Origin: Actinomycetota bacterium
Lineage (GTDB): Bacteria > Actinomycetota > Actinomycetes > Streptosporangiales > Streptosporangiaceae
Assembly: GCA_019240215.1 (NCBI GenBank)
Contig: JAFAYQ010000065.1
Location: forward strand, 30,383-94,382
DNA: 64,000 bases
Direction: 5' to 3'
Each line of letters opens with the position of its first letter. The first letter of the stretch is position 1. The notes below the pieces were generated by a model, which ran no database searches, had not been told where the DNA came from, and saw only the letters and a program-made list of their open reading frames with translations. Shown here one piece after another: positions 22,249 through 39,200 of the stretch. Position numbers and translations under genes: made by a program.

Positions 22249-23082
22249 CTACCGCTTCTTCCGGCCCCGGCGCCGGGTGATCAGCCGGTCGCTGGGCTTG
22301 TGGGCGTGCCGGGTCCGGCCTTCCGGCTGGCCCCACGGGCTGACTGGGTGACGGCCGCCGGAGCTCTTGCCCTCGCCGCCGCCGAGCGGGTGGTCGACCG
22401 GGTTCATGGCCACACCACGCACGGACGGGCGCTTGCCCTTCCAGCGGTTGCGGCCGGCCTTGCCGAGCTTGATGTTGCCCTGCTCGGCGTTGCCGACCTC
22501 GCCGACCGTGGCCCGGCAGCTCACGTCCACCCGCCGGATTTCGCCCGAGGGCATCCGGAGCTGGGCGTAGCTGCCCTCCTTGGCCAGCAGCTGCACGCCG
22601 GAACCGGCCGACCGGGCGATCTTGGCGCCGCCGCCGGGCCGGAGCTCGATGGCGTGCACCACGGTGCCGGTCGGGATGTTGCGCAGCGGCAGGCAGTTGC
22701 CCGGCTTGATGTCGGCGCCCGCGCCGTTCTCCACCCGGTCCCCCTGGGACAGGCCCTGGGGAGCGATGATGTAGCGCTTCTCGCCGTCCGCGTAGTGCAG
22801 CAGCGCGATGCGGGCGGTCCGGTTGGGGTCGTACTCGATGTGCGCGACCTTGGCCGGCACCCCGTCCTTGTCGTGGCGGCGGAAGTCGATCAGCCGGTAG
22901 GCCCGCTTGTGGCCGCCGCCCTGGTGGCGGGTGGTGACGCGACCGTGCACGTTCCGGCCACCCTTGGAGTGCAGCGGCCGGACCAGCGACTTCTCCGGCT
23001 CATCGCGAGTGATCTCGGAAAAGTCGGAGCCGCTGGCCCCACGCCGGCCGGGGGTGGTCGGCTTGTACTTACGGATAGCCAT
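22249..23082 (-). CDS. rplB: 50S ribosomal protein L2
   Basis: [15 protein letters not shown]..., 277 aa. Confidence 0.97.
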   Translation of the reverse strand: MAIRKYKPTTPGRRGASGSDFSEITRDEPEKSLVRPLHSKGGRNVHGRVTTRHQGGGHKRAYRLIDFRRHDKDGVPAKVAHIEYDPNRTARIALLHYADGEKRYIIAPQGLSQGDRVENGAGADIKPGNCLPLRNIPTGTVVHAIELRPGGGAKIARSAGSGVQLLAKEGSYAQLRMPSGEIRRVDVSCRATVGEVGNAEQGNIKLGKAGRNRWKGKRPSVRGVAMNPVDHPLGGGEGKSSGGRHPVSPWGQPEGRTRHAHKPSDRLITRRRGRKKR

Positions 23083-23115
23083 GAGTGCTCAAATCTCCTG
23101 TTACCTGGCCTGCCG

Positions 23116-23421
23116 TTACCGGACCGGGCCGCCGAAGATGTCGATCCGCTCGCCCTCGGCGAGGGTGACGATCGCCCGCTTGGTGTCCGGCCGCTTGCCC
23201 CACCCGATCCGGGTGCGGCGCCGCTTGCCCTTGCGGTTGACGGTGTTGACCCCGGTCACCTTGACGCCGAAGACCTCTTCGACGGCCAGGCGGACCTGGG
23301 TCTTGTTGGCGTCGGGGGCCACGATGAAGGTGTACTTGCCCTCGTCGAGGAGGCCGTAGCTCTTCTCCGAGATGACCGGCCGCAGGAGCACGTCCCGCGG
23401 GTTGTCGCTGAGCGTGCTCAC
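23116..23421 (-). CDS. rplW: 50S ribosomal protein L23
   Basis: 101 aa, ...[25 protein letters not shown]. Confidence 0.95.
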   Translation of the reverse strand: MSTLSDNPRDVLLRPVISEKSYGLLDEGKYTFIVAPDANKTQVRLAVEEVFGVKVTGVNTVNRKGKRRRTRIGWGKRPDTKRAIVTLAEGERIDIFGGPVR

Positions 23422-24074
23422 TTGGCTGCCTCCTCGCTGCGCGGGCTGCGGCTCACGAACGCCTCCAGCGCCTCGGCGGTGAAGACCACATGGTCGGCGG
23501 CCAGCACGTCGTACGTGTTGAGCTGGTCCTGGGTGATGACCCGGACCCCGGCGGCGTTGCGCAGGCTCTTGCGGGCCAGCTCGTCGTCGCGGCGCAGCAC
23601 CACCAGCAGCGGGGCGCCCCGGCCGACACCGGTCGCGGCGGCCAGCACGGCCAGCGCGTCCTTGGTGCGCGGCGCGTCACCCTCGACGAACCCGCTCACC
23701 ACCTGCACCCGGCCGTGCCGGGCGCGGTCGGAGAGGGCCCCGCGGAGCGCGGCCGCCTTCATCTTCTTGGGCGTCCGCTGGACGTAGGACCGCGGCTGGG
23801 GACCGTGCACGACGCCACCGCCGGCGTACTGCGGGGCGCGCAGCGAACCCTGGCGGGCCCGGCCGGTGCCCTTCTGGCGGTACGGCTTCTTGCCGCCACC
23901 GCGCACTTCGCCGCGCGTCTTGGTGGCGTGGGTGCCCTGGCGGGCGGCCGCCTGCTGGGCCACCACGACCTGGTGGATCAGCGGGACGTTGACCTTCGCG
24001 TCGAAGATCTCGTCGGGGAGCTCCGCGGTGTCGGTCGACTTACCGGACGGGCTCACCACGTTGACGGTGCTCAC
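23418..24074 (-). CDS. rplD: 50S ribosomal protein L4
   Basis: GTG start at 24072-24074 overlaps the rplC TGA (GTGA). Core sequence ...[15 protein letters not shown]... The 462-aa track ORF extends through the rplC frame and is not accepted. Confidence 0.94.
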   Translation of the reverse strand: MSTVNVVSPSGKSTDTAELPDEIFDAKVNVPLIHQVVVAQQAAARQGTHATKTRGEVRGGGKKPYRQKGTGRARQGSLRAPQYAGGGVVHGPQPRSYVQRTPKKMKAAALRGALSDRARHGRVQVVSGFVEGDAPRTKDALAVLAAATGVGRGAPLLVVLRRDDELARKSLRNAAGVRVITQDQLNTYDVLAADHVVFTAEALEAFVSRSPRSEEAAK

Positions 24075-24733
24075 AAGACCTCCTTGACCGCGGGCGCCTT
24101 GGCGGCGCTGCGGACCATGATCAGGCCACCGGTCGCCCCCGGGACCGCTCCCTTGAGCAGGAGCAGGCCGCGCTCGGGGTCGACCGAGTGCACGGTCAGG
24201 CTCTGCACGGTGACGCGCTCGGCGCCCATCCGGCCCGCCATCCGCAGGCCCTTGAACACCCGGCCGGGAGTGGCGCAGCCGCCGATCGAGCCGGGCGACC
24301 GGTGCTTGCGCTGGGTGCCGTGCGAGGACGACAGGCCCTTGAACCCGTGCCGCTTCATGACCCCGGCGGTGCCCTTGCCCTTGCTGGTACCGGTGGCGTC
24401 GACCAGCTGGCCGGCCTCGAACGTCTCGGCCGTCACCTCCTGGCCGACCTGGTACTCCGACGCGTCGTCGGTGCGCAGCTCGGCCAGGTAGCGGCGGGGC
24501 GTGACCCCGGCCCCGGCGAACAGGCCCGCGACCGGCTTGGTCACCTTGCGCGGGTTGATCTCGCCGAAGCCCATCTGGACCGCCGAGTAACCGTCCCGGT
24601 CGGGTGTGCGCACGGCGGTCACGACGCACGGGCCGGCCTTGACGACGGTGACCGGCGTGACCTGCCCGGAGTCGTCGAATACCTGGGTCATCCCGAGCTT
24701 GGTGCCCAGGATCCCTTTCATCTGCTTGGCCAT
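24071..24733 (-). CDS. rplC: 50S ribosomal protein L3
   Basis: [20 protein letters not shown], 220 aa. Confidence 0.97.
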   Translation of the reverse strand: MAKQMKGILGTKLGMTQVFDDSGQVTPVTVVKAGPCVVTAVRTPDRDGYSAVQMGFGEINPRKVTKPVAGLFAGAGVTPRRYLAELRTDDASEYQVGQEVTAETFEAGQLVDATGTSKGKGTAGVMKRHGFKGLSSSHGTQRKHRSPGSIGGCATPGRVFKGLRMAGRMGAERVTVQSLTVHSVDPERGLLLLKGAVPGATGGLIMVRSAAKAPAVKEVL

Positions 24734-24747
24734 TGTCGGTGCGTCCC

Positions 24748-25056
24748 TCAGAGCTTGATCTCGATGTCGACGCCGGCCGGAAGGTCGAGCCGCATGAGCG
24801 AGTCAACCGTCTTCGGCGTCGGATCGATGATGTCGATCAGCCGCTTGTGCGTCCGCATCTCGAAGTGCTCCCGCGAGTCCTTGTACTTGTGCGGCGAGCG
24901 GATGACGCAGTACACGTTCTTCTCAGTAGGCAGCGGCACCGGGCCTGCAACGCGTGCGCCCGTACGGGTCACCGTGTCGACGATCTTGCGCGCCGAGCTG
25001 TCGATGACCTCGTGGTCGTACGCCTTGAGCCGGATGCGGATCTTCTGTCCCGCCAT
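24748..25056 (-). CDS. rpsJ: 30S ribosomal protein S10
   Basis: [19 protein letters not shown], 102 aa. Confidence 0.97.
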   Translation of the reverse strand: MAGQKIRIRLKAYDHEVIDSSARKIVDTVTRTGARVAGPVPLPTEKNVYCVIRSPHKYKDSREHFEMRTHKRLIDIIDPTPKTVDSLMRLDLPAGVDIEIKL

Positions 25057-25108
25057 TGGCCTTTTAGTCCTTCGCTTCCGTGGTAGTGCCGCTGTCCCCT
25101 GGCGTGGC

Positions 25109-25145
25109 TACGGCGGCCGGGCCGGATGGTGGCCCGGCCGCCGTA
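25109..25145 (-). terminator. strong GC hairpin between tuf and rpsJ (tuf terminator/attenuator, in the S10 operon leader region)
   Basis: 15-bp perfect stem tacggcggccgggcc / ggcccggccgccgta with a 7-nt loop, 8 nt after the tuf stop. There is no clear U-tract. Confidence 0.5.
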
Positions 25146-25152
25146 ACCGCCG

Positions 25153-26346
25153 TTACTTGATGATCTTCGTGACCCGGCCGGCGCCGACGGTACGGCCGCC
25201 TTCCCGGATCGCGAAGCGCAGGCCTTCCTCCATGGCGATGGGCTGGATCAGCTCAACGCGCATGTCGGTCCGGTCGCCCGGCATGACCATCTCGGTGCCC
25301 TCAGGGAGGAACACGACGCCGGTCACGTCGGTGGTCCGGAAGTAGAACTGCGGACGGTAGTTGTTGAAGAACGGCGTGTGCCGTCCACCCTCGTCCTTGG
25401 ACAGGATGTAGACCTGGCCCTCGAACTCGGTGTGCGGGGTGTTGGTGCCCGGCTTGATGACGACCTGGCCGCGCTCCACGTCCTCGCGCTTGATGCCACG
25501 GAGCAGCAGGCCCACGTTGTCGCCGGCCTGACCCTCGTCGAGGATCTTCCGGAACATCTCCACCCCGGTGACGGTGGTGGTCTGGGCCTTGTCCTTGATG
25601 CCGATGATGTCGACGGTCTCGCCGGTCTTGATCTGACCACGCTCGACACGACCGGTCACCACGGTCCCGCGGCCGGTGATGGAGAAAACGTCCTCCACCG
25701 GCATCAGGAACGGCTTCTCGATCTCGCGCACCGGCTGGGGGATGCTGTCGTCGCAGGCCTGCAGGAGCTCGGCGACCTTGTCGCCCCACTCCTTGTCGCC
25801 CTCGAGCGCCTTGAGCGCCGACACCCGGACCACCGGCACGTCGTCGCCGGGGAACTCGTACTCGGTCAGCAGGTCGCGGACCTCGAGCTCGACCAGCTCG
25901 AGGATCTCCTCGTCATCGACCATGTCGGCCTTGTTGAGGGCCACGACGATGTACGGCACGCCGACCTGACGGGCGAGCAGCACGTGCTCGCGGGTCTGCG
26001 GCATCGGGCCGTCGGTGGCCGCCACGACGAGGATCGCCCCGTCCATCTGGGCGGCACCGGTGATCATGTTCTTGATATAGTCCGCGTGACCGGGGCAGTC
26101 CACGTGCGCGTAGTGGCGCGCCTCGGTCTGGTACTCGACGTGCGAGATCGAGATGGTGATCCCGCGCTCCTTCTCCTCCTTCGCGTTGTCGATCTGGTCG
26201 AACGGCGTGAAGGGGTTGAGCTCGGGGTACTTGTCGTGCAGCACCCGGGTGATCGCCGCGGTCAGTGTGGTCTTGCCGTGGTCGATGTGCCCAATGGTGC
26301 CGATGTTTACGTGCGGCTTGGTCCGCTCGAACTTGGCCTTGGCCAC
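25153..26346 (-). CDS. tuf: elongation factor Tu
   Basis: [27 protein letters not shown]..., 397 aa. Confidence 0.99.
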   Translation of the reverse strand: MAKAKFERTKPHVNIGTIGHIDHGKTTLTAAITRVLHDKYPELNPFTPFDQIDNAKEEKERGITISISHVEYQTEARHYAHVDCPGHADYIKNMITGAAQMDGAILVVAATDGPMPQTREHVLLARQVGVPYIVVALNKADMVDDEEILELVELEVRDLLTEYEFPGDDVPVVRVSALKALEGDKEWGDKVAELLQACDDSIPQPVREIEKPFLMPVEDVFSITGRGTVVTGRVERGQIKTGETVDIIGIKDKAQTTTVTGVEMFRKILDEGQAGDNVGLLLRGIKREDVERGQVVIKPGTNTPHTEFEGQVYILSKDEGGRHTPFFNNYRPQFYFRTTDVTGVVFLPEGTEMVMPGDRTDMRVELIQPIAMEEGLRFAIREGGRTVGAGRVTKIIK

Positions 26347-26439
26347 TGGTATCTCCTCGTTGCGATCTGCCCCACCTGGTGGGGCTCAGGCGCCGCCGGT
26401 CCGGAGGCGCCGTGAGTTCCTTACGTTTTCTGGTTGGCC

Positions 26440-28536
26440 TTACTCGCCGCGAGCCTTGGCGATGATCTCCTTGGCGATGCTGGGCGGGACTTCGGCATAC
26501 GAGTCGAACTGCATGCTGTAGTCCGCCCGGCCCTGGGTCCGGCTACGCAGGTCCCCCACGTACCCGAACATCTCCGACAGCGGCACGTGGGCCTTGATGA
26601 CCTTGCCAGCCGAGCGGTCTTCCATGCTCTGGATCTGGCCGCGCCGCGCGTTGAGGTCGCCGATGACGTCACCCATGTAGTCATCGGGGGTCCTGACCTC
26701 AACCGCCATGATCGGCTCGAGCAGCACAGGGTTGGCCTGAGCCGCCGCCTTCTTGAAGGCCATCGAGCCCGCGATCTTGAAGGCCAGCTCCGAGGAGTCC
26801 ACCTCGTGGTAGGCACCGTCGGTGAGGGTGACCTTCAGATCGACCATCGGGTAGCCCGCCAGCACACCGAACTCGGCGGCTTCCTGGCACCCGGCGTCAA
26901 CCGAGGGGATGTACTCGCGCGGGATGCGCCCGCCGGTGACCTTGTTCTCGAACTCGTAGCCACCGCCGTCGCCGCCGGTCGGCTCCAGGTTGATGATCAC
27001 GCGGCCGAACTGACCGGAACCACCGGTCTGCTTCTTGTGCGTGTACTCGACCTTCTCGACCTTCTTGCGCACGGTCTCCCGGTAGGCGACCTGCGGACGG
27101 CCGATGTTGGCCTCGACCTTGAACTCGCGCCGCATGCGGTCGACCAGCACCTCGAGGTGCAGCTCGCCCATGCCCGCGATGATCGTCTGGCCGGTCTCCT
27201 CGTCGGTCCTGACCTGGAAGGTCGGGTCCTCCTCGGCGAGCCGCTGGATCGCGGTGCCCAGCTTCTCCTGGTCGCCCTTGGTCTTCGGCTCGATGGCCAC
27301 GTTGATCACGGGCGCCGGGAACGTCATCGACTCCAGCACCACCGGCTTGGCCGGGTCGGTCAGGGTGTCGCCGGTGCTGGTGTCCTTGAGCCCCATCACG
27401 GCGACGATCTGCCCCGCGGTCGCGGACGGCCGCTCCTCACGCTTGTTCGCGTGCATCTGGTAGATCTTGCCGATCCGCTCCTTGCGGCCCTTGATCGCGT
27501 TCAGCACGCTGCTGCCAGCTTCCAGCGTCCCGGAGTAGACCCGGACGTAGGTGAGCTTGCCGAGGTGCTGGTCGGCCATGATCTTGAAGGCCAGGGCCGC
27601 GAACGGCTCCTCGGTGTCGGGGTGCCGCTCGACCACGGTCTCCTCGTCACCCACGGCGTGGCCCTGGATGGCGGGGATGTCGATCGGGCTCGGCAGGAAG
27701 TCCACGATCGCGTCCAGCATCGGCTGGATGCCCTTGTTCTTGAAGGCGGTCCCGCACAGCACCGGGGTGACGCCGCCGGCGATGGTGATCCGCCGGATGG
27801 CGGCCACGAGCTGCTCCTCGGTGGGCTCGGTGCCCTCCAGGTACAGCTCCATCATCTGCTCGTCGTTCTCGGCGACGGACTCCAGCAGCCGGTCCCGCCA
27901 CTCACGGGCGGCGTCCGCGTGGTCGTCCGGGATCGCGACGACGTCGTACTTGTCGCCCTTGCCCTCGGTCTGCCACAGCAGCGCCCGCATCCGGATCAGG
28001 TCGATGACGCCGCGGAAGTCGGACTCGACGCCCCACGGCAGCTGGACCACGATGGGCTGCGCGCCCAGCCGGTCCACGATCATCTCGACGCAGCGGTGGA
28101 ACTCCGCGCCGACCCGGTCCATCTTGTTCACGAAGCAAATCCGGGGCACGTTGTAGCGGTCAGCCTGCCGCCACACCGTCTCGGACTGGGGCTCAACGCC
28201 GGCCACCGCGTCGAACACAGCCACCGCGCCGTCCAGGACGCGGAGGGAACGCTCGACCTCGACGGTGAAGTCAACGTGCCCGGGAGTGTCGATGATGTTG
28301 ATGGTGTGGTCGCGCCACGACGTGGTCGTGGCCGCGGAGGTGATGGTGATCCCCCGCTCCTGCTCCTGCTCCATCCAGTCCATGGTGGCAGCGCCCTCAT
28401 GGACCTCACCGATCTTGTAGTTGATGCCGGTGTAGAAGAGAATCCGCTCGGTCGTCGTCGTCTTGCCCGCGTCGATATGCGCCATGATCCCGATGTTGCG
28501 GACCTTGGCGAGATCTACGCCCGTCTTGGTGGCCAC
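26440..28536 (-). CDS. fusA: elongation factor G
   Basis: ...[22 protein letters not shown]..., 698 aa. Confidence 0.99.
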   Translation of the reverse strand: MATKTGVDLAKVRNIGIMAHIDAGKTTTTERILFYTGINYKIGEVHEGAATMDWMEQEQERGITITSAATTTSWRDHTINIIDTPGHVDFTVEVERSLRVLDGAVAVFDAVAGVEPQSETVWRQADRYNVPRICFVNKMDRVGAEFHRCVEMIVDRLGAQPIVVQLPWGVESDFRGVIDLIRMRALLWQTEGKGDKYDVVAIPDDHADAAREWRDRLLESVAENDEQMMELYLEGTEPTEEQLVAAIRRITIAGGVTPVLCGTAFKNKGIQPMLDAIVDFLPSPIDIPAIQGHAVGDEETVVERHPDTEEPFAALAFKIMADQHLGKLTYVRVYSGTLEAGSSVLNAIKGRKERIGKIYQMHANKREERPSATAGQIVAVMGLKDTSTGDTLTDPAKPVVLESMTFPAPVINVAIEPKTKGDQEKLGTAIQRLAEEDPTFQVRTDEETGQTIIAGMGELHLEVLVDRMRREFKVEANIGRPQVAYRETVRKKVEKVEYTHKKQTGGSGQFGRVIINLEPTGGDGGGYEFENKVTGGRIPREYIPSVDAGCQEAAEFGVLAGYPMVDLKVTLTDGAYHEVDSSELAFKIAGSMAFKKAAAQANPVLLEPIMAVEVRTPDDYMGDVIGDLNARRGQIQSMEDRSAGKVIKAHVPLSEMFGYVGDLRSRTQGRADYSMQFDSYAEVPPSIAKEIIAKARGE

Positions 28537-28570
28537 TTGTAGTTGCCCCTCGTTCCCTAAGCTTGAAAAT

Positions 28571-29041
28571 TCACCAGCGGTAGTGAGCGAACGCCTTGTT
28601 GGACTCGGCCATCTTGTGGGTGTCCTCGCGACGCTTCACGCTCGCGCCCAGGCCGTTGCTGGCGTCCAGCAGCTCGTTCATCAGCCGCTCGGTCATGGTC
28701 TTCTCCCGGCGCGCTCGTGCGTACTGCACGATCCAGCGGAGCGCCAGGGTGGTGCTGCGCGACGCGCGCACCTCGACCGGAACCTGGTAGGTGGCGCCAC
28801 CGACCCGGCGGCTGCGCACCTCCAGCGTCGGCTTGACGTTGTCGAGCGCACGCTTCAGCGTGACCACCGGGTCGTTGCCGGACTTCTCCCGGCAGCCCTC
28901 CAGCGCGCCGTAGACGACCCGCTCGGCCAGCGACCGCTTGCCGTCGCGGAGCACCTTGTTGGCCAGCGCGGTGACGAGCGGCGAGCCGTAGACCGGGTCG
29001 GTGACGAGCTGCCGCTTCGTCGCGGGTCCTTTGCGCGGCAT
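28571..29041 (-). CDS. rpsG: 30S ribosomal protein S7
   Basis: [20 protein letters not shown] from ATG 29039-29041, 1 nt after the rpsL stop. Confidence 0.97.
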   Translation of the reverse strand: MPRKGPATKRQLVTDPVYGSPLVTALANKVLRDGKRSLAERVVYGALEGCREKSGNDPVVTLKRALDNVKPTLEVRSRRVGGATYQVPVEVRASRSTTLALRWIVQYARARREKTMTERLMNELLDASNGLGASVKRREDTHKMAESNKAFAHYRW

Positions 29042-29042
29042 G

Positions 29043-29417
<375 letters not shown>

Positions 29418-29972
29418 CGAGTCTCCGTCTTCCCGTATCTTCCCGACGCGCCGGAGCGCGTGTCCCTGCTAATCCACGCGGTTAGGCGCGGCTGGCCTGC
29501 GGTTTTACCTCCCGTATCGACCCCCGAGGTCGGGCGTGTCGCCGACCCCAGGACAGACCAGGCTCAAGCGAGCCTCGGACTGGTCGGGGAGAAACTCCAG
29601 TGGTCAGGGCTATCCGGCTGGCACCCATTCGGCCGAAGGGCCGAGGGCTTCTAACCGTCCCGCCAACTGACACACGTACGCACCCGCCAGAGACGGGCAC
29701 GAAGACACAGGCTACCGAGTACCGGCCCCAATGGTCAAAACGAAGCCAGCACGCAGGTCCTCTGCGCCTTACACAGTTTACACAACAAGACAGGTGCCGG
29801 ATTCATTTCCCCGCCACCGTAGGCTTTTGCCGCTTTTGTGAGACCTGGACGTTGCTCCCGGGACAGCAAAATTGCCGTCGCCCTTATTCCGGGCCGACGG
29901 CGTCCCGCGCGACACCGGACGGGTCTGGTCATTTCCCGTGGCCGGAAGCACCGGGTGCTGGCCGGTCACGGT

Positions 29973-30015
29973 AAAAACAAAGCGAGAGGCCCCCGGGCGA
30001 TCCCGGGGGCCTCTC
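29973..30015 (-). terminator. intrinsic terminator downstream of rpoC
   Basis: 14-bp stem gagaggcccccggg / cccgggggcctctc with a 4-nt loop. On the minus strand it is followed by gctttgttttt. Confidence 0.75.
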
Positions 30016-30035
30016 GTGGTCGTGCCGCTGGCTAC

Positions 30036-33908
<3,873 letters not shown>

Positions 33909-33995
33909 TTGCACTTCCCCTGGTTAGATCCTGAATAGATCCGAATAACGAGCTTGGCCGGCCGGCTCCCTGGTCAGAGAGCCGGCCAGCTTCAC

Positions 33996-36900
33996 TCAGA
34001 CCTCTTCAACGCTGCTGGGCTCACGCCGTGACAGGTCGATGCCGAGCTCTTCCGCGGCACGGAAAACGTCCTCGTCCGTGTCCCGCATTTCGATCGCCGC
34101 GCCGTCGCTCGACAGCACCTCGACGTTGAGGCAGAGCGATTGCATTTCCTTGATGAGCACCTTGAACGACTCGGGGATGCCCGGCTCGGGGACGTTCTCG
34201 CCCTTGACGATGGCCTCGTAGACCTTCACGCGGCCGAGCACGTCGTCGGACTTGATCGTCAGCAGCTCCTGCAGGGCGTAGGCGGCACCGTAGGCCTCCA
34301 GCGCCCAGACCTCCATCTCACCGAACCGCTGACCGCCGAACTGCGCCTTACCACCCAGCGGCTGCTGGGTGATCATCGAGTACGGGCCGGTGGACCGGGC
34401 GTGGATCTTGTCGTCCACCAGGTGCAGCAGCTTGAGGATGTAGGTGTAGCCGACCGCGATCGGGTCCTTGAACGGCTCGCCGGTACGACCGTCGAACAGC
34501 TTGGTCTTACCGCTCTCACCGATCAGCTGGAGCCCGTCCCGGTTGGGCCGGGTGCTGGCCAGCAGGCCGCTGATCTCCTCCTCGCGGGCGCCGTCGAACA
34601 CCGGCGTGGCCACGGGGGTACCGGGCTCGGCCGAGTCGATGCCGCGCTGGCGGAGGCGGTCCTTCCACTCCTCGTCCCCCTCGACCTGCCAGCCGGCCCG
34701 GGCGACCCACCCGAGGTGGCTCTCCAGGACCTGGCCGATGTTCATCCGGCCGGGCACGCCGAGCGGGTTGAGGACGATGTCGACCGGGGTGCCATCCTCG
34801 AGGAACGGCATGTCCTCGACCGGGTTGATCTTGGCGATGACGCCCTTGTTGCCGTGGCGGCCGGCCAGCTTGTCGCCGTCGGTGATCTTCCGCTTCTGGG
34901 CCACGTAGACCCGGACCAGCTCGTTCACGCCCGGGGGCAGCTCGTCGCCGTCCTCGCGGGTGAACACCCGGACGCCGATGACCTTGCCCTCTTCACCGTG
35001 CGGGACCTTGAGGCTGGTGTCGCGGACCTCGCGGGCCTTCTCACCGAAGATCGCCCGGAGCAGACGCTCCTCCGGGGTCAGCTCGGTCTCGCCCTTGGGG
35101 GTCACCTTGCCGACCAGGATGTCGCCGTTGACGACCTCCGCGCCGATCCGGATGATCCCGCGGTCGTCGAGGTCCGCCAGGACCTCCTCGGACACGTTGG
35201 GGATGTCGCGGGTGATCTCCTCGGGACCCAGCTTGGTGTCCCGGGCGTCGACCTCGTGCTCCTCGATGTGGATCGAGGAGAGCACGTCGTCCTGCACCAG
35301 GCGCTGGGACAGGATGATCGCGTCCTCGTAGTTGTGGCCCTCCCACGGCATGTAGGCGACCAGCAGGTTCTTGCCCAGCGCCATCTCACCGTTGTCGGTG
35401 CACGGCCCGTCGGCCAGGACCTGGCCCTCCTCGACCCGCTGGCCCTCGGCCACGATCGGCTTCTGGTTGAAGCAGGTGCCCTGGTTGGACCGGCGGAACT
35501 TGGAGACCAGGTAGGTCTTGCGGTTGCCGTCGTCCTGGTGGACGGTGACGAAGTCCGCGCAGACCTCCTCGACCACGCCCGGCTGCTCGGCGACGATCAC
35601 GTCACCGGCGTCGGTCGCGGCCCGGTACTCCATGCCCGTGCCGACCAGCGGAGCCTCGCTGCGCAGGAGCGGCACCGACTGGCGCTGCATGTTCGAGCCC
35701 ATCAGCGCCCGGTTGGCGTCGTCGTGCTCGAGGAACGGGATCATCGCGGTCGCGACCGAGGTCATCTGCCGGGCCGAGACGTCCATGTAGTCGACCTCGT
35801 CCGGACGGATCAGGTCGACCTCGCCGCCCTTCCGGCGGACCAGGACGCGGTCCTCGCTGAACGAGCCGTCCGGCTCCAGCGGGGTGTTGGCCTGGGCGAT
35901 GACGTGGCGGTCTTCCTCGTCAGCGGTCAGGTAGTCGACCTGCTCGGAGACGACACCGTCGTTCACCCGGCGGTACGGGGTCTCGACGAACCCGAACGCG
36001 TTGACCCGCGCGTAGGAGGACAGCGAGCCGATCAGGCCGATGTTCGGGCCTTCCGGCGTCTCGATCGGGCACATCCGGCCGTAGTGGCTGGGGTGCACGT
36101 CACGGACCTCGAACCCGGCCCGCTCACGGGACAGACCGCCCGGGCCCAGCGCCGACAGGCGGCGCTTGTGGGTCAGGCCGGCCAGCGGGTTGGTCTGGTC
36201 CATGAACTGGGACAGCTGGCTGGTGCCGAAGAACTCCTTGATGGAGGCGACGACCGGCCGGATGTTGATCAGGGTCTGCGGCGTGATCGCCTCGACGTCC
36301 TGGGTCGTCATCCGCTCGCGGACCACGCGCTCCATCCGGGCCAGGCCCAGGCGGACCTGGTTCTGGATCAGCTCGCCGACCGTGCGCAGCCGCCGGTTGC
36401 CGAAGTGGTCGATGTCGTCGGTCTCGAGCACGATCGTCTTGTCGCCGCGAGTCTGCTCCTCTTCACCGGCGTGCAGCCGGACGAGGTACTCGATGGTGGA
36501 GACGATGTCGTCCTCGGTCAGCGTGCCCTGCCGCAGCTCGATGTCCTCGCCGAGCTTCCGGTTCAGCTTGTACCGGCCGACCTTGGCCAGGTCGTAGCGC
36601 TTGGCGTTGAAGTAGAGGTTCTCCAGCAGCGCCTGCGCGGACTCGCGGGTCGGCGGCTCACCCGGGCGCAGCTTGCGGTAGATGTCGAGCAGCGCCTCGT
36701 CCTGGCCGTTGGTGTGGTCCTTCTCCAGGGTGGCGCGCATCGACTCGTAGTCGCCGAACCGCTCCAGGATGCGGGCGTCGTCCCAGCCCAGCGCCTTGAG
36801 CAGCACGGTGACGCTCTGCTTGCGCTTGCGGTCGATGCGGACACCGACGGCGTCCCGCTTGTCGATCTCGAACTCCAGCCAGGCGCCCCGGGACGGGATG

Positions 36901-37454
36901 ACCTTGCAGGAGTAGATGTCCTTGTCGCTCGTCTTGTCGACCTGACGGTCGAAGTAGACGCCCGGCGAACGAACCAGCTGGGAGACGACCACCCGCTCGG
37001 TGCCGTTGATGATGAAGGTGCCCTTGGCGGACATCAGGGGGAAGTCCCCCATGAAGACCGTCTGGCTCTTGATCTCACCGGTGGTGTTGTTGATGAACTC
37101 CGCGGTCACGAACATGGGGGCGGAGTACGTCATGTCCTTGTCCTTGCACTCCTCGGCGGAGTACTTGGGCGGCTCGAACCGGTGGTCACGGAACGAGAGG
37201 GACATGGTTCCCGAGAAGTCTTCGATAGGACTAATTTCCTCGAAGATCTCCTCGAGCCCGGACTGCTCAGGGACATCCTTGCGCCCTGCCGCCTTGGCGG
37301 CCTCCACCCGGTTCTTCCACTTTTCGTTGCCCAGCAGCCAGTCGAACGACTCGGTCTGCAGGGCCAGCAGGTCCGGAACCGTCAGCGGCTCGGAGATGCG
37401 AGCAAAAGATACTCGGCGAGAATCAGGAGCGGAGGCGCTGCGCGATGCTGCCAA
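33996..37454 (-). CDS. rpoB: DNA-directed RNA polymerase subunit beta
   Basis: Full-length RpoB. The proposed TTG start at 37452-37454 gives (M)[23 protein letters not shown] and is preceded by GAAGGA at 6 nt. The track start is GTG 37499. Confidence 0.97.
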   Translation of the reverse strand: MAASRSASAPDSRRVSFARISEPLTVPDLLALQTESFDWLLGNEKWKNRVEAAKAAGRKDVPEQSGLEEIFEEISPIEDFSGTMSLSFRDHRFEPPKYSAEECKDKDMTYSAPMFVTAEFINNTTGEIKSQTVFMGDFPLMSAKGTFIINGTERVVVSQLVRSPGVYFDRQVDKTSDKDIYSCKVIPSRGAWLEFEIDKRDAVGVRIDRKRKQSVTVLLKALGWDDARILERFGDYESMRATLEKDHTNGQDEALLDIYRKLRPGEPPTRESAQALLENLYFNAKRYDLAKVGRYKLNRKLGEDIELRQGTLTEDDIVSTIEYLVRLHAGEEEQTRGDKTIVLETDDIDHFGNRRLRTVGELIQNQVRLGLARMERVVRERMTTQDVEAITPQTLINIRPVVASIKEFFGTSQLSQFMDQTNPLAGLTHKRRLSALGPGGLSRERAGFEVRDVHPSHYGRMCPIETPEGPNIGLIGSLSSYARVNAFGFVETPYRRVNDGVVSEQVDYLTADEEDRHVIAQANTPLEPDGSFSEDRVLVRRKGGEVDLIRPDEVDYMDVSARQMTSVATAMIPFLEHDDANRALMGSNMQRQSVPLLRSEAPLVGTGMEYRAATDAGDVIVAEQPGVVEEVCADFVTVHQDDGNRKTYLVSKFRRSNQGTCFNQKPIVAEGQRVEEGQVLADGPCTDNGEMALGKNLLVAYMPWEGHNYEDAIILSQRLVQDDVLSSIHIEEHEVDARDTKLGPEEITRDIPNVSEEVLADLDDRGIIRIGAEVVNGDILVGKVTPKGETELTPEERLLRAIFGEKAREVRDTSLKVPHGEEGKVIGVRVFTREDGDELPPGVNELVRVYVAQKRKITDGDKLAGRHGNKGVIAKINPVEDMPFLEDGTPVDIVLNPLGVPGRMNIGQVLESHLGWVARAGWQVEGDEEWKDRLRQRGIDSAEPGTPVATPVFDGAREEEISGLLASTRPNRDGLQLIGESGKTKLFDGRTGEPFKDPIAVGYTYILKLLHLVDDKIHARSTGPYSMITQQPLGGKAQFGGQRFGEMEVWALEAYGAAYALQELLTIKSDDVLGRVKVYEAIVKGENVPEPGIPESFKVLIKEMQSLCLNVEVLSSDGAAIEMRDTDEDVFRAAEELGIDLSRREPSSVEEV

Positions 37455-38106
37455 CAGGGATCCTTCCGAACTTTGTGGCGGACCTATCACCGCACGCACG
37501 CCAGACGTCCACGGGCAAATAGGCCTCAGGCGGCGGGGCCGCGGGAGGGCTGAAGATGCCTAGGACGTCAGAGTGCAGCGCAAATGAGCAGTGTAGCCAA
37601 AGGGCACACCGCTCGTCAACTGTACGCCACTATCAGGATCACGACTGCTCCGCAGCATCGCTCTTTCGCGCCGAAACGTCAAGCCTGAGCCCCATAGATC
37701 GGGCGACTTCATGCCGTGACAGATGCCACACGCACATGTGAGTGTGAGCAACTTCCTGCCAGGGTATACCTGCAGATTGCGCAGGTGAGGGCAATATCCG
37801 CCGATCCAGGGGCCGGCCCGCCGGGGCGGGTTGGGGCGAGTGCGTAGCAGCCAGAAACCTGAGCTTGTGGTTTCCAGCCAAGTAGCACAACCAGGGTATC
37901 GCTGTAAACATTCCGCGCTGGGAAAATTCTTTTTACAAGTGTCAAGGCGGGGGTTGGGCGGGCCGGGTTGGCGGCGGGGGTGGCTGCGCGCTGGCGTGGC
38001 CGGGGCGGTACCGACGTCGGCTGGGGGCGGCGGTTCAGGCGCGAGCCGGGGCGATTTGGGCTCGAGACAGGCGGTCCGGACACAGCCCGGCGGGCCCGGA
38101 CGCAGC

Positions 38107-38141
38107 GGAGCGGCGCGGGCCGCTGGGGCCCGCGCCGCTCC
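38107..38141 (-). terminator. GC-rich hairpin downstream of rplL
   Basis: 15-bp stem ggagcggcgcgggcc / ggcccgcgccgctcc with a 5-nt loop, 19 nt after the rplL stop. The U-tract is poor. Confidence 0.5.
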
Positions 38142-38159
38142 GGCGCCGTGAGGCGGGTC

Positions 38160-38552
38160 TTACTTGACCGTGACGGTGGCGCCGGCGCCCTCGAGGGCGG
38201 CCTTGGCCTTGTCGGCGGCCTCCTTGTTGACGCCCTCCAGCACGAGCTTGGGAGCGCCGTCAACCAGGTCCTTGGCCTCCTTCAGCCCGAGGCTGGTGAG
38301 GGTGCGGACCTCCTTGATGACCTGGATCTTCTTGTCGCCAGCGGCCTCGAGGGTGACGTTGAACTCGTCCTTCTCCTCGGGAGCCTCGACCGCCGCGCCG
38401 CCGCCACCAGCGGCCGGAGCGCCGGCCACCGCGACCGGGGCGGCCGCCTTGACGTCGAACGTGTCCTCGAACTGCTTCACGAACTCGGACAGCTCGAGGA
38501 GGGTCATCTCCTTGAACGCGTCCATCAGGTCGTCGGTGCTGAGCTTCGCCAT
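38160..38552 (-). CDS. rplL: 50S ribosomal protein L7/L12
   Basis: [29 protein letters not shown]..., 130 aa. Confidence 0.97.
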   Translation of the reverse strand: MAKLSTDDLMDAFKEMTLLELSEFVKQFEDTFDVKAAAPVAVAGAPAAGGGGAAVEAPEEKDEFNVTLEAAGDKKIQVIKEVRTLTSLGLKEAKDLVDGAPKLVLEGVNKEAADKAKAALEGAGATVTVK

Positions 38553-38603
38553 GATTGCCTTCCTTTTCTCAACTCAAAGTCGTGGTCGTGGGGTGGGAGC
38601 CGG

Positions 38604-39200
38604 TCAGCTCTCGTCGTCGGCCTCAGCTGGGCTCTCGGCCGGGGCCTCGGTCTCCGCCGGGGCGGCCTCGGCCCCCTCGCCGGCCTCGGCCCGCTGGGCC
38701 CGCAGGGCCTCGGCGAGCTGAGCCATCTGGGTCGGCAGCGCGTTGAAGACCGCCGCCGCGCGGGACATCGACGCGGTCATCGCGCCGGCCAGCTTGGCCA
38801 GCAGCACCTCGCGCGGCTCCAGGTCCGCGATCCGGGTGAGCTCGTCCGGTGTGATCGCCTTGCCGTCGAGCACACCGCCCTTGATCACCAGGGCCGGGTT
38901 GTCCTTGGAGAAGTCGCGCAGGCCCTTGGCCGCCTCCACCACGTCGCCACCGACGAACGCGATGGCGGACGGGCCGGTCAGCAGCGACGCGAGCTCGGCC
39001 TCGAGCCCCGCCTCGGTGACCGCGATCTTGGTCAGGGTGTTCTTGACCACGCTGAACGTGGCGTTCTCGCCGAGCGCCGCCCGGAGCTCGGAGAGCTGGG
39101 TGACGCTGAGCCCGCGGTACTCGGTCAGCACGACGCTGCCCGAGTCACGGAGACGGTCGGTGAGCTCCTCGACGGCAGCCACCTTGTCCGCTCGTGCCAT
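38604..39200 (-). CDS. rplJ: 50S ribosomal protein L10 (acidic C-terminal tail)
   Basis: [20 protein letters not shown] from ATG 39198-39200. Confidence 0.95.
   Translation of the reverse strand: MARADKVAAVEELTDRLRDSGSVVLTEYRGLSVTQLSELRAALGENATFSVVKNTLTKIAVTEAGLEAELASLLTGPSAIAFVGGDVVEAAKGLRDFSKDNPALVIKGGVLDGKAITPDELTRIADLEPREVLLAKLAGAMTASMSRAAAVFNALPTQMAQLAEALRAQRAEAGEGAEAAPAETEAPAESPAEADDES

Noticed and set aside
37560-37911. Small minus-strand ORFs (63 and 90 aa) in the rplL-rpoB spacer
   Set aside because: They have no Shine-Dalgarno sequence, odd Cys/His/Trp-rich composition and mutual overlap. The region is more plausibly the rpoB promoter and leader.
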